Source: Octopus sinensis (lineage: Eukaryota). From it: DNA of 52,696 nucleotides. Location: contig NW_021834624.1 of the NCBI RefSeq assembly GCF_006345805.1, positions 1-52,696 on the forward strand, written 5' to 3'. The notes under the pieces were generated by a model. The model was not told the origin of the DNA and made no database searches. It saw nothing but the letters and a program-made list of their open reading frames with translations. This document shows positions 8,880 through 22,089 of this stretch, one piece after another. The position numbers were made by a program, and so were the translations under genes. Numbering within the stretch: position 1 is the stretch's first letter; every line of letters begins with the position of its first letter.

Positions 8880-11775
8880 AATCCTTTAAAATGTTTTAGC
8901 ACGAAGGCCGCGGTCATGCTGGGGCACCACCGCTGAATGAGCTACACTAATATGTGAATCCACCTCTGATACGTGGCACTTGGTCAACAAGGGAGTTCGA
9001 TGCCGCTACCTGCATCTGTGTCTCCTGTCGTGAGGTAGGTTCATCTGGGACCCCCGACAAGAAGAGATCCAGTTTAGTTTTAAAGAAACCCACATCCACA
9101 CCATGCAAGTCTCTCAGGCATTTAGGGAGGATGTTAAAGAGCTGTGGTCCTCTGAAACCCAAGCTGTTGCTGTATCTGGACCTGTATTTTGATGGTGATG
9201 TTGGAATCTTTGGCACCATGCAGTGGCGCCCCGTTCTGCGGTTGGGGTAACTTTGAATGCCAAAGTTTGGGACAAGACCCTCCAGGATTTTCCAGATGCA
9301 TATCACCGCATATCTCTCCCGCCTTCGCTCTAGGGAGGAGAGGTTTAATACTTTCAGTCTTTCCCAGTAGCTGATAGCTTGCATTGAGACGAACTTCTTT
9401 GTGTAGCTTCTTTGAATTGCTTCGAGTTCTGCTGTTAGTTTTATATTGTGTGGTGACCATAGTTGGGAGCAGTAGTCCAAGCGGCTGAGGACGAAAGTTT
9501 TCCAGAGGACCATCAGTGTCTCCTTCTCTCTTGTTCTGAAAGTTCGGAGAATCCATCCAGCTAGCCGTCTGCATTTTATCACCAGATTAGTAATATGCAC
9601 TTGGAAAGATGCATCATTGCTCATGTCAATGCCCAGGCCACGCACTGATTTTGACTCAAGGATTGCAATTCTTCCCGGGCTAGTGTATCCAGTCTGCATG
9701 TCGTTTACCTTTGTGTGCCGGTAGCGCAGGGCCTGGAACTTACCTGCATTAAACTGCATGTTGTTGTCCTCATCCCACCTGTATATTGTATCCCACTCCT
9801 GTTGCAGATGTGCAATATTTCCAGGGTTTTGTATTGTGTGGGAGACTTTTGTGTCATCTGCATAGCTAGCAAGGGTGGCCATCTTAGAAACTGAGGGCAT
9901 GTCTGAAAGGGCCACTATGAACAGCAGTGGCCCCAATATAGTGCCCTGTGGAACACCGCTTGTTATTTCTGTTTCCTTGGAGGTGACTCCATTGGTCACA
10001 ACTGCCTGTCTTCTATCTTTTAGGAAGTTGTGCAGCCACTCTCCAAGTTTTCCGCCTATGCCGAGATCACGCAGTTTGTGACAAATCATACCGTGGTCGA
10101 CTTTATCAAAGGCTTTTGTAAAGTCGAGATATATCACATCCACATTTGAGCCATTTAGTAGCTGTTTTAACACCCAGTCATAGTGTTGCAGGAGCTGTGT
10201 TAGGCAGATTCTACCTGGTCGAAATCCATGCTGGGTGTCAGTCAGCAAGTCATTTTCTTCAAGGAACATGATTAGTTTCTTGCGGACTATTCCTTCCATG
10301 ACTTTGCTGATGTGTGAGGTCAGAGAGATAGGCCTATAATTTTTAGCATCTGTTCTGCTTCCTCCCTTATGGATAGGGCATATTACCCCCTCCTTCAATT
10401 TGACTGGGAGCTTACTACTTGCAAGAAAGCTCTGAAAAAGAAGCTGTAGCGGTTTTGCAAGGGCTCGTTTGCACGATTTGAGAAGGTTCGCTGGAAATCC
10501 ACCAAGTCCAGCAGCTGAGTTTGTGTCAATCTCATCTATGGCCAGTGTGATATCATCATCTTCAATGTTGATGTACTCAATTTTTGCCTCTTTGGCCGCA
10601 GGTAAAGTGGCTAAGAATTCTTCTGGGTTGTTTACTTGCCTGTGTCCTAGAGGTGTAGTGAACACACTTTGGAACTGTTCGTTCAGTATTTCACTTATCC
10701 TCGTGGGATTTCCTGTGAGAGAGCCATCTTTTTGGAAGAGAGGTCCTATTCTCTGGTGCACTGTGGCAAACTTAAAGAAAGCTTTAGGGTTTGACTTTAT
10801 ATTTTTTATTACTCAAGCTTCTTTATCTGCCCTCTCCTTTTAATGAGATTGATGCAGACTTTGTGTTTTCTCAATTTTCATTAGCATTCTCTCGAGCCGA
10901 GACTTCTCACCACTTTTGGTGTGTTTGCTCAGGCGGTTCGCAATCCTTGTCCGTCGTCTCATAAGAATCTTCCTTTTTCTAGGGATCCTGTTTTTGTTTT
11001 TGTGTGTGCTGGCCCTGCACACTGGGACATATTTGTCACATATGGCTTGTATTATGGACATGAAGTGTTTGTGTTTCATGTTAATGTCCGGTGTGGAGAG
11101 ACATTTAGGCCAATCCTGTTTGAGGATCTCTTTCTCGATCAACTTCCAGTTGGCTTTATGAAAGTTTAAGTTGGAGAGATGGTGGATGCTTCGTATAGGC
11201 TGTGTGTCTGCGGGGGCTTTTGGTCCATTCGTAGACATCTCTATTATGTTGTGATCCGAGATCATTGTTGGCATCACTTTAACATTATGGATAATATCCA
11301 TATTGTTTGTGAAGCAGAGATCCAGTATATTATCTGCCCTTGTTGATTGCAGCACTATTTGCTCCATGAAAGAGGCATTTGTGAGATGGAGCAGGGACTC
11401 TGCCTGTGCCTGCTGATGGTGTGTCATCCCTGGGAGCATCTGTCCCCCAGGCCATTCCACATTGGGGAAGTTGAAGTCACCCATGAAGAATACACTGTTG
11501 TGTTGTTCCAGGTTGGTGAGAACTTCTATTTTTGTTAGGCAGTCTTCAAACATGCCTGAGTGATTTGGGGCATCTGGTGGGCGATATGTAGTACATATGA
11601 CGATATTCAGTTGTCTTATGTGTACAATTTGAGTGTCACACACTGAGTTTGAATATGACAACAGAACCTGGGGTGTGAGGTCATCTCGGATGTACATTGC
11701 AACTCCACCATGGCTCCTCCCTTTTCTATCTGACCGTATGACTGCATATTGCGGTATGTGTATTTCTGCATCCCC
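8880..11775 (-). mobile_element. CR1/L2-group LINE, 5'-truncated ORF2 (APE endonuclease + RT) with 3' UTR
   Basis: EN motifs YRPP, GDFNFPNVEW, NILDLCFTN, SDHNII. RT motifs NYRPISLTS, QHGFRPG, YLDFTKAFDKV, GVPQGTILGPLLF, YADD. Track ORFs 10840-11802 and 8947-10761 are one frame separated by two stops (SH*KERADKEA*VIKNIKSNPKAFF). Confidence 0.95.
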
Positions 11776-11884
11776 TATATATGTATATACATATACATAC
11801 ATATAATATATTATATATATATATATATATTATATATATATATATTATATATATATATATATACATACATACATCATATATATA

Positions 11885-11916
<32 letters not shown>

Positions 11917-12029
11917 TATTATATATATAATATATAATATATATATATATATATACATACATACATATATATAATATATATATATATATATATGTATAAT
12001 ATATACATACATACATATATATATATATA

Positions 12030-12070
<41 letters not shown>

Positions 12071-12120
12071 CATATACATATACATATACATAATACATAT
12101 ACATATACATATACATATAA
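11770..12120. repeat. (TA)n/(TACA)n compound microsatellite
   Basis: Read directly; it bounds the LINE 5' end. Confidence 0.95.
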
Positions 12121-12527
12121 TTAATGTAGACAACGGTATATAATGAGTACCAAAAAGGAAAACTATAACTGTCATTGAATATGACAATAGGTTGTTCAGT
12201 TGTTAAAACAACTAAATCCCCTTCGCTGAGCGACGGAAATCCATCAATTTATTTTTTTATTTTTTACTATGCATGCGTCTGATTTATTTTTATGTATACG
12301 TGCATTTACATACGTATGTGTATGTTTAAATACATATGTGTGTATGTTGAAATATGTATGTGTGCATGTGTGCTTAAATAAATGTATGTATGTATATGTT
12401 GAAATGCGTATTTGTGTGTATACTTTTAAATATGTATGTGTGCATATGTTTAAATGTATGTGAGTATGTGTTTAAATATGTATGCGTATGTATGCTTAAA
12501 CATGCATCCGTGTGTGTATCTTTTATC

Positions 12528-12886
12528 GTTTATTTGTTTCGGTCATCAAACTGCGGCCATGCTGGGGCATTCGAATGAATCGAACCCAGTACTTTTTTTC
12601 TTTTTTAAGCCTGGTACTTATTCTATTGGTCTCTTATGCCGAACCACCGAGAGACGCAAACACACTAACACCGGTTGTCAAACTGTGCTGGGACACATAC
12701 ACACACACACACACACATACACACACACACACATACACACACACACGTATATATATATTCATATACGACAGACTTCTTTCAGTTTCCGCCTGCCAAATCC
12801 ACTTTGGCCGGGTGAGGTTATAGTAGAAGACACTTGCTCAAGGTGTCACTGAACCCCGAAGGAGGCTTCTTACCGCACAGCCATAC
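12528..12886 (-). mobile_element. SINE family A, degenerate
   Basis: Tail CTGCGGCCATGCTGGGGCA and CTTCTTTCAGTTTCCG..CCAAATCCAC segments match other copies. Confidence 0.75.
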
Positions 12887-13122
12887 TTTGGCCGATGCTT
12901 AATGTGTGTGTGTTGAGAGAGATAGGAAAGAGTCACAAAAGATATTTAAAAACATTTTAAAGACAATACATTGAACTTGCAGATTGCATTTCATTTTTAT
13001 TTCTATTGGGAATTCAGTGGGTTGTGATCGGCGTGGAGCAGAATTTCGGGTTAAGCGAAAATGCTGCGTAAGATTTTTAAAAACATATACGCGCACGAGC
13101 ACCCGTACACACGTGCACGCAC

Positions 13123-13162
<40 letters not shown>

Positions 13163-13688
13163 ACATACGTACATAAACCCATACATATGTATATACGCGA
13201 TTGCGTATGTATGCGTGTACGTGCGTTTCTGTATGTCCCTAACACTAAAACAAGCGCCATCACTCCTTACACAATAGCTTATAACTGGTCAGAGGTTCAT
13301 TACAGAACAACACTATACTCATTGCACCCACTCTGTATATACCCTGCTATATACACCCCACTATATATATGCACCGCACTCTTTGTATCAACTTTATACA
13401 TACCCTGCTCTCTACACCCATTCTTATATATACCCTGCTTACGTCAGTCTGTCCTTTTGCACAATACTTTCATCTTTCTCTTCCGTTTACATGATTTCAG
13501 GCCTTGAACTGCGCCCATACTGGGGCAACACCTTGAAATATTTCCGTTGTTCATATTCCCTTCCATCTCCAAACTATTTTTTTCAGTTCGATATATATTT
13601 TATCGATATCTATTTAGTGAATGGTTAGGTTTGGTTTTTACGCAACACGACACGCTGTTTTACACAGATATATCATACACATCCCTCT

Positions 13689-13741
<53 letters not shown>

Positions 13742-14254
13742 GAATATATATATATTTATATATGTGTGTGTATGTATGTATATACACGTGCGCGAGTGCA
13801 CACACACACGTATGTATGTATACACACACACACACACATATATATATACATATATATATTAGTCTAAATGATGGCCTGGTGAATTGACCGCCACCATGGT
13901 ATGGAAAATTGCCCAGATTGCACCCATAAATCGAACCATAACACCAGATCGAAATTTATTCCTTGTTATCTGAATCAACATTTCAAATGTAGGTCATTCA
14001 GTACACAACCACTGGGTGGATGGGTTGAGTGGTGTGTACTCGGGTGGTTGTTATACGGGATGGGCGGGGGGGATGTTCCTGTATCAACAAATTCTTTGAT
14101 CAGTTTTAATGTCAAACCCATTCAATGTAATAAAACTATTTCAATCACGTTTCACCATCTACTTTCACTTTCACTTTCTCTTTCTATTTATATTTATTCC
14201 TTTATTTGTCTTTTGTTTTATCTATTTGTTGTATTCCTGTTCGTGTTGATATTG

Positions 14255-14390
14255 TTGTTGGTGGTGATGGTGCTGGTGGTGGCGGTGGTGGAGGTGGTGG
14301 CGGTGGTGGAGGTGGTGGCGGTGGTGGAGGTGGTGGCGGTGGTGGAGGTGGTGGCGGTGGTGGAGGTGGTGGCGGTGGTGGCGGTGGTGT
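14255..14390. repeat. (GGT/GGC/GGA) trinucleotide tract with an 18-bp higher-order unit
   Basis: GGTGGTGGCGGTGGTGGA repeated about 6 times. Confidence 0.9.
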
Positions 14391-14516
14391 TCTCATTCAT
14401 CACGCTTCCATAATTGGTAGTTTAATATTGCACTTTTAATAGAAAATCATTATTAGCACCTACTCTCTTCTTGCCTTTTCCCTCTCTCTCTTTAACTTCT
14501 TATCCCTCTCTCCCTC

Positions 14517-14551
<35 letters not shown>

Positions 14552-14580
14552 TTATGTATATATGTATATATATATATATA

Positions 14581-16394
14581 CCTCTATCTCTCTACCGCTC
14601 CCTCTCTTTCTCTCTCTTCCTCTCTCTCCTTCTCCTTCAATTACTGCAAATGTGATATTTAATATTACATTCATCATCTCCACTCCTCTCCTATTTCCCT
14701 ATTTTCTTCCGTTACCGTCTTACAGCTTTTCTTTCTCATTATCCCCCTCTTTCCCTCTTTTTATTCCCTCTGTCTCTCTATCTATCTCTTTCTCTCTATC
14801 TCTCTCTCTCTTTCTCTCTATCTCTCTATCTCTCTTTCTCTCTATCTCTCTCTCTATAACTTTCTGTAATGTGAGCGTGCGTGTGTACGTCTGTGTGATG
14901 ACATATAAATCTGTGTGTACGTGTGCTCGTGTGTGTGCGTGTATGCGCGTGCGGCGAGGCGCGTGACTTAGTGGTTAGGTTAGTCGGTTCATGATCATAA
15001 TGTCAAGAGTTCAATTCCTGCACCGGGCGGCGGCTATTGTGTCCGTAAACAAGGCCAATACATTTCACGTTGCTTCTCCACCACTCATCTACAAATGAGT
15101 ACTAGCCTTGTACAGGTTGCAGCTCTTCACTCCCCACCCCTCTCTCTCTCTCCCCCCTCTCTCTCTCTCCATCTCTGTTTCTTTCTCTCTCCTCTTGTGG
15201 TCACATCCTCGACTTTGAACTTGGTCAAAAGGTAGGTCAATGCAGAAGGCGTCTATGCCTGATCGCGATTATTCAGGCATTAAAACAATTGGTGAAAGCA
15301 TGGTAGATGCTACCGATCCACAATCGTTCGCGGGTTACGATTAGCACGTGTGTGTCAGTGTCGTGTGTCTGTGTATGTGTGTGTCTGTGTCTGTGTATGT
15401 GTGTGTGTGTTTGTGTATGTGTCTGTATGTATGTGCGTGTAGGTGTGTGGATGTGTGTGTGCATGTATGTGTATATATATATATACCTCTATCTCTCACC
15501 GCTCCCTCTCTTTCTCTCTCTTCCTCTCTCTCCTTCTCCTTCAATTACTGCAAATGTGATATTTAATATTACATTCATCATCTCCACTCCTCTCCTATTT
15601 CCCTATTTTCTTCCGTTACCGTCTTACAGCTTTTCTTTCTCATTATCCCCCTCTTTCCCTCTTTTTATTCCTCTGTCTCTCTATCTATCTCTTTCTCTCT
15701 ATCTCTCTCTCCTCTTTTCTCTCTATCTCTCTCTATCTTCTTCTTTCTCTCTATCTCTCTCTCTATAACTTTCTGTAATGTGAGCGTGCGTGTGTACGTC
15801 TGTGTGATGACATATAAATCTGTGTGTACGTGTGCTCGTGTGTGTGCGTGTATGCGCGTGCGGCGAGGCGCGTGACTTAGTGGTTAGGTTAGTCGGTTCA
15901 TGATCATAATGTCAAGAGTTCAATTCCTGCACCGGGCGGCGGCTATTGTGTCCGTAAACAAGGCCAATACATTTCACGTTGCTTCTCCACCACTCATCTA
16001 CAAATGAGTACTAGCCTTGTACAGGTTGCAGCTCTTCACTCCCCACCCTCTCTCTCTCTCCCCCCTCTCTCTCTCTCCATCTCTGTTTCTTTCTCTCTCC
16101 TCTTGTGGTCACATCCTCGACTTTGAACTTGGTCAAAAGGTAGGTCAATGCAGAAGGCGTCTATGCCTGATCGCGATTATTCAGGCACTTAAAACAATTG
16201 GTGAAAGCATGGTAGATGCTACCGATCCACAATCGTTCGCGGGTTACGATTAGCACGTGTGTGTCAGTGTCTGTGTGTCTGTGTATGTGTGTGTCTGTGT
16301 CTGTGTATGTGTGTGTGTGTTTGTGTATGTGTCTGTATGTATGTGCGTGTAGGTGTGTGGATGTGTGTGTGCATGTATGTGTATATATATATAT
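14581..16394 (+). repeat. Tandem duplication of a ~905-bp unit (14581-15485, 15486-16394)
   Basis: Near-identical non-repetitive segments in both units (e.g. CAATTACTGCAAATGTGATATT, GATCCACAATCGTTCGCGGG). (TA)n runs sit at all three boundaries. Confidence 0.95.
14957..15105 (+). mobile_element. tRNA-derived SINE family D (duplicated at ~15865-16015)
   Basis: GGCGCGTGACTTAGTGGTTAGG (A-box-like) and GAGTTCAATTCC (B-box-like), followed by TTGTGTCC..AACAAG. Confidence 0.65.
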
Positions 16395-16811
16395 GTGTGT
16401 GTGTGAGAGAGAGAGAGAGGATTACAGAGTGAGTAGGTGAGAGTTCAGTGTAGACAACACAGAGTAGTGCACAAATATGTTCAATAAAAGTTCAAATTCC
16501 AACTTTTTCATCCAGGGTCGGCACTCGGGCATCGAAAATGGCTATATATATAATGGCAATCTTAATCAAGCTGTTATGATGGTAGGAAGGTAGACAAACA
16601 TAGTTAGGCCTGAGACATATAATATTTACGTGGAGCACAAAATACTGATTATAAACTAAAAATCAAACAAACCATGTAATGCATTTGTCACACCACTCTT
16701 GGAGATGCAGGCGTACTTTAAGGATCTCATCTGAATTTGTCGTTGGGCACACACATGTGACATCATGCACTTATTACGTATGAATCTGGTTAATACATAA
16801 AATATGATAGG

Positions 16812-17015
16812 ACGGCGAGGTAGTAGAATCGCTAATACGCCGAACGAAATAGCGGAAATTTGTACGTCTTTACGTTCCGGGTTCAAATTTCGCCGAGGTC
16901 GACTTTGGCTTTCATCCTTTCGGGGTCGATAAAATAAGTACCAGTTAAACCCTGGGGTCAATGTAATCGTGTTACCCTTCTCCCGGAAATGGTTGCCTTG
17001 TGCCGAAATTTGAAA
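16812..17015 (+). mobile_element. SINE family B (tRNA head + GCCTTTCATCCTTTCGGGGTCGATAAA central domain)
   Basis: Colinear with many in-window copies; has A/B-box-like motifs. Confidence 0.85.
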
Positions 17016-17158
17016 GCAATACATATGACCATCTTGAAACAGCTGTTGAAATAAGATGTTACATGTTTTCTCTATTTTATAATCTGTATTTTGTGTTCCA
17101 TGTAAATATATGTCTCAAGCCTAGCTGTATTTGTTCACCTTAGTACTTCTATATATGA

Positions 17159-17487
17159 CCAGCACTATGATCCGGCAATGCCGGGTCATAGTGCTAGTGC
17201 ATGCATATACAGCTGCGTGCGTGCGCACATACACGCAAGTACTGTCCAAATCTCCGACCAATCACATACAGCTAGCTGGCATTCAATTGGCGTATCAAGT
17301 TTCGGGTATTTTGATTGGGATGTGGATTGAAAATTCACAAAAGAGTCACTTCTATTGATTTTTTTTTAATGGCTTTGCTGGGTGACTGGGGAAATGTAAA
17401 GATGTGCACGACCACCCTTGGACAGTTTTGAATGACCATAGAAAGTGCGAGCCCTCTAACTGAAAAAATGTGGATTTGTATAAAGGA

Positions 17488-17531
<44 letters not shown>

Positions 17532-17554
17532 TTTGCCGTTTATATATAGAGAGA
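17159..17554 (-). mobile_element. Non-autonomous Helitron, second subfamily
   Basis: Same 5' terminus as 3179-3550 (plus-strand GCCGTTTATATATAGAGAGA|T at 17535-17555). The 3' end on the minus strand is hairpin + CTGG|T (CTRR), with an A^T target. Confidence 0.7.
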
Positions 17555-17934
17555 TAATATATAATGTAAGCATATATATGTGTGTGTGGCGGAGTGGTAG
17601 AGCAGGATAGAAACCTGGCCCAACTTGTAATTCTTTCTACTTAGTGAATTTTACCGGCTGCCCTTCCTGACTGCAGTCGCTTTATGCTTGGTAATAAAAG
17701 GAACACACAGTAGGAAGAAATGTAAACGGAAAGACTGTGAGCCACAATCTCATAAAATATAAATTTTACATGAAGAGGTTATGAGTGAAGCGAAGGCGGG
17801 GTGGAATCTAAATTTAACTTGCTTGAGAAGTTTAAGAAAATTGAGTAAGTTGGGGAAATAAACAGCAGAGGAGCGCAAGACAAACGTCGTAATTTTCTAA
17901 AAGTAAATTAGAAAATGTCCTAATAACCTAAATA

Positions 17935-18455
17935 TATATATATATATGTATGTGTGTGTATGTGTATAGCTTTGAGGGAATACACTTGTACGTTTATGCA
18001 TATGTGAGTCTGCAGACGTGCGCATAAGTGTACGTTTGAGTGTATGTATGTTTGTGTGTATATATGTATGTGTCCATGTGTTTGTGTACATGTGAGTATC
18101 TGTGTGTGTGTTTGTGTCGTCCGTGTGTGTATCTGTGTCTGTGTGTGTCTGTGTGTGTGTGTGTATGTGTTTGTGTGTGTGTGTGTGTGTCTGTGTCTGT
18201 GTCTGTGTGTCTGTGTGTGTGTGTGTGTGTTTGTGTTGTCTGTGTGTGTGTCTGTGTGTGTGTACGTGTGTGTGTGTGTGTCTGTGTATGTGTGTGTGTA
18301 TGTGTATGTGTGTGTCTGTGTGCATGTGTCTGTGTGTCTGTGTTTGTGTCTGTGTCTGTGTCTGTGTGTTTGTGTAAGTGTGTGTATGTGTGTGTGTGTC
18401 TGTGTGTGTCTGTGTGTGTGTGTGTGTGTGTGTATGTGTGTGTGTGTGTGTGTGT
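17935..18455. repeat. Compound (TG)n/(TGTC)n microsatellite
   Basis: Read directly; explains the VCVC/HTHT ORFs. Confidence 0.95.
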
Positions 18456-18671
18456 AGTGAGAGGATGCTGGGAATCTATTCCTAAGTGTTTGTACTTAAT
18501 AAACTTCAACATTTTCTCAAATATGTCACATAACTTAAAGTTTCATCACATTCAATTAGACTCAATTGTGAACACTTTTACCACAGTTGAACTTATTTCT
18601 AACTTGTTTCAACTCAGGGATGTCAGTGTGCGAGTGTGTATACATCTGTGTGAATATATACATACACACGT

Positions 18672-18722
<51 letters not shown>

Positions 18723-18820
18723 GATGCGTGTGTCGTGAGTGTGTGCGTGTATGTTTGTTATTTATGTGCGTTTAAGTTTACTTCCCTGTTAATTTGCCAT
18801 TATATATATCAGTGTGTATG

Positions 18821-18868
<48 letters not shown>

Positions 18869-19515
18869 CACTTATATATGTATATTATATTATATTTTGT
18901 TCATGTATGTATATCATATTATATTATACTATATATTATGTTTAGGCGTTTGTATATGTGTCTTTGTTAATAATTTTGTGTGTCGTTATTAAAAAAGTAA
19001 TATATGTTTTTAACGTTGAAGTTTTCGAAATATGAAGGATTTCTCTATATTTCTACCTCCGAAGACTGGCGACTGACACAGTGAGAAGAACTCTGTTGTA
19101 AATAACTGGTTGCATTTAACTAGGTTTCTCTGTATTCTGAGTTCCAATCTTTCTATGACCACCTTACCTTTCATGCTCTCAGTATTGGCAAAACGAAATA
19201 CCAATAAAATACTCGTATCTGATCTAATCAACGGTACCACATCTCAGAATATTTTGTCTTGTATTTATGCCACGTCTGGCATGGCAGAAACAGCGATGGG
19301 TTTGGCAACAGGAGGGTATATCTAGCTTGGCAGAACCACTGGTTGGGTGGCCAACATGTGCCTATGTCATGTCTGAATTAGCAGGACCAGTGAAGCGGTG
19401 GCGAACATGTGTCTGTTTACATTGTGATTTGGGAACCCTCCAAGGGCAACTCTACCCTCCAGTCTTCCCAAATCGATACCATTAAGTACCAGTCATATAC
19501 TGATATATCTATATA

Positions 19516-20047
19516 TATTTCTTTAATACCCACAAGGGGCTAAACACAGAGGGGACAAACAAGGACAGACAAACGGATTAAGTCGATTACATTGACCCCA
19601 GTGCGTAACTGGTACTTATTTAATCGACCCTGAAGGGATGAAAGGCAAAGTCGACCTCGACAGAATTTGAACTCAGAACGTAGCGGCAGACGAAATACCT
19701 ATTTCTTTACTACCCACAAGGGGCTAAACATAGAGGGGACAAACAAGGACAGACAAACGGATTAAGTCGATTACATCGACTCCAGTGCGTAACTGGGACT
19801 TAATTTATCGACCCCGAGAGGATGAAAGGCAAAGTCGGCCTCAGCGGAATTTGAACTCAGAACGTAGCGGCAGACGAAATACCAATTTTTTTACTATCCA
19901 CAAGGGGCTAAACATAGAGGGGACAAACAAGGACAGACAAACGGATTAAGTCGATTGTATCGACCCCAGTGCGAAACTGGTACTTAATTTATCGACCCCG
20001 AGAGGATGAAAGGCAAAGTCGACCTCGGCGGAATTTGAACTCAGATA
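19516..20047 (-). mobile_element. SINE family B tandem array, 184-bp units x3 (no head)
   Basis: Units start at 19516, 19700 and 19884; junctions GAAATACC|TATTTC (second junction degenerate). Confidence 0.95.
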
Positions 20048-20162
20048 TACTGATATCAATATAATTGACGTTTCCCTACCCACACACCTCAAAATATATA
20101 GCCTTGTGCCAAGAATTAGAAACCAATATTCATCATCATCGTTGTCGTCATAAACGTCGTCG

Positions 20163-20229
<67 letters not shown>

Positions 20230-20587
20230 AACAATCATGATCGTCGTCGTCGCCGTAGTTGTGCAGAAGAGGTTTCATCAAAGAAACCTCTATGGTGGAA
20301 AAGATTATAATTTTGAATTAGCGAGGAGCAAATAAGAGTGAGTGGTGGTGTGAGGTGGTGATGTGATGTAGACAAATATATAACCACCTCACCTACCATT
20401 CCCTTCTCCCCTTCATCCACTGAAGACAATCAGTCTAATTAACTTATTCATCTTTAATTATGTAAGAAAGAAAAGAAACATCAATAAATCAGGCATCAAA
20501 TCGTGTAGGTATATATAATACACACACACACGTACACAAACACACACATACATATTGCGTATATAAACACGTTAGCTGTACTATGTT

Positions 20588-20645
<58 letters not shown>

Positions 20646-20714
20646 TATATACACACACACACATATATATACATATATACACACACACACACATATATAT
20701 ATATATACATATAT

Positions 20715-20745
<31 letters not shown>

Positions 20746-20857
20746 CATATATACCACACACACACACATATATATATATACATATATACACACACACACA
20801 CATATATATTTATATATACATATATACACACACACACACACATATATATATATACAT

Positions 20858-20912
<55 letters not shown>

Positions 20913-21083
20913 TACATACATACATACATAATCTGACACACACATATGTTTACATACGTATACATTACATTTTGAAGCACTTCGAACTATAAAAGTACAT
21001 ACTTGTTCAATATATAGATAGATATATACATATACTCGCTCATAGTTCAAATATATAAACAAATATTAGCTACACTTATATAC

Positions 21084-21132
<49 letters not shown>

Positions 21133-21133
21133 A

Positions 21134-21165
<32 letters not shown>

Positions 21166-21222
21166 TGTGTGCGCGTATGAAACCTTGTGTAAATCATTGC
21201 TGTAAAACCGCTTCATTGAGCC

Positions 21223-22021
21223 CTCGGTACTTTTTGGTTATCTCACCCCCATTAAAAAATTGGGTTATATCCCCTCTAAAAAATTAAGCTTATGAAGCGA
21301 GAAGAGATTGGATTAAAAGGTTTAGATCCTTTTGATCCAATACTTCAACACATTGTTGACTTTTGACCTCCCCAATAGGCATTGTATGGTTTGTTATGAA
21401 AATGTTATTAGATAGGCGCAGGAGTGGCTGTGTGGTAAGTAGCTTGCTTACCAACCACATGGTTTCGGGTTCAGTCTCACTGCGTGTCACCTTGGGCAAG
21501 TGTCTTCTACTATAGCCTTGGGTCGACCAAAGCCTTGTGGGTGGATTTGGTAGACGGAAACTGAAAGAAGCCCGTCGTATATATGTATATATGTATGTGC
21601 GTGTGAGTGTATGTGTTTGTGTATCTGTGTTTGTCCCCCACCCCCAACATCGCTTGACAACCAATGCTGGTGTGTTTACGTCCCTGTAACTTAGCAGTCT
21701 GGTAAAAAGAGGCCGATAGAATAAGTACTAGGCTTACAAAGAATAAGTCCTGGGGTCGATCTGCTCGATTAAAGACGGTGCTCCTGCATGGCCGCAGTCA
21801 AATGACTGAAACAAGTAAAAGAAGAAAAGGGTAAAGAGATTCAATAAGATGTTTAATCTCTTCAGATTTCCTGTTTATTAATCTTTTCATTTTTTTTTTA
21901 TTGTGGGATAAACAATTTTTTTTTAGTTGGGGGAGATAACCAAAAGTACCGATATTTTTCATAAAACTTGAGGAGATAATCCAATTTTTTAATGGGGATG
22001 AGATAACCAAAACGTACCGAG
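21223..22021. mobile_element. MITE with ~52-bp TIRs carrying a SINE A insertion
   Basis: Left CTCGGTACTTTTTGGTTATCTCACCCCCATTAAAAAATTGGG matches the reverse complement of the right end at roughly 85-90%. CC flanks both sides. Confidence 0.75.
21415..21822 (+). mobile_element. SINE family A, full length
   Basis: GGCGCAGGAGTGGCTGTGTGGTAAG head, CCTTGGGCAAGTGTCTT core, internal microsatellite and CAGTCAAATGACTG tail. Confidence 0.9.
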
Positions 22022-22089
22022 CCTTCTTGCCTCACGTTACGCATAAAAGAATATATACTCACTTTAATTACGAATTATTTATTCATATA

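Noticed and set aside
17897-18738. Long VCVC/HTHT ORFs (also at 20581, 31929, 42553 and elsewhere)
   Set aside because: Translations of dinucleotide and tetranucleotide microsatellites.
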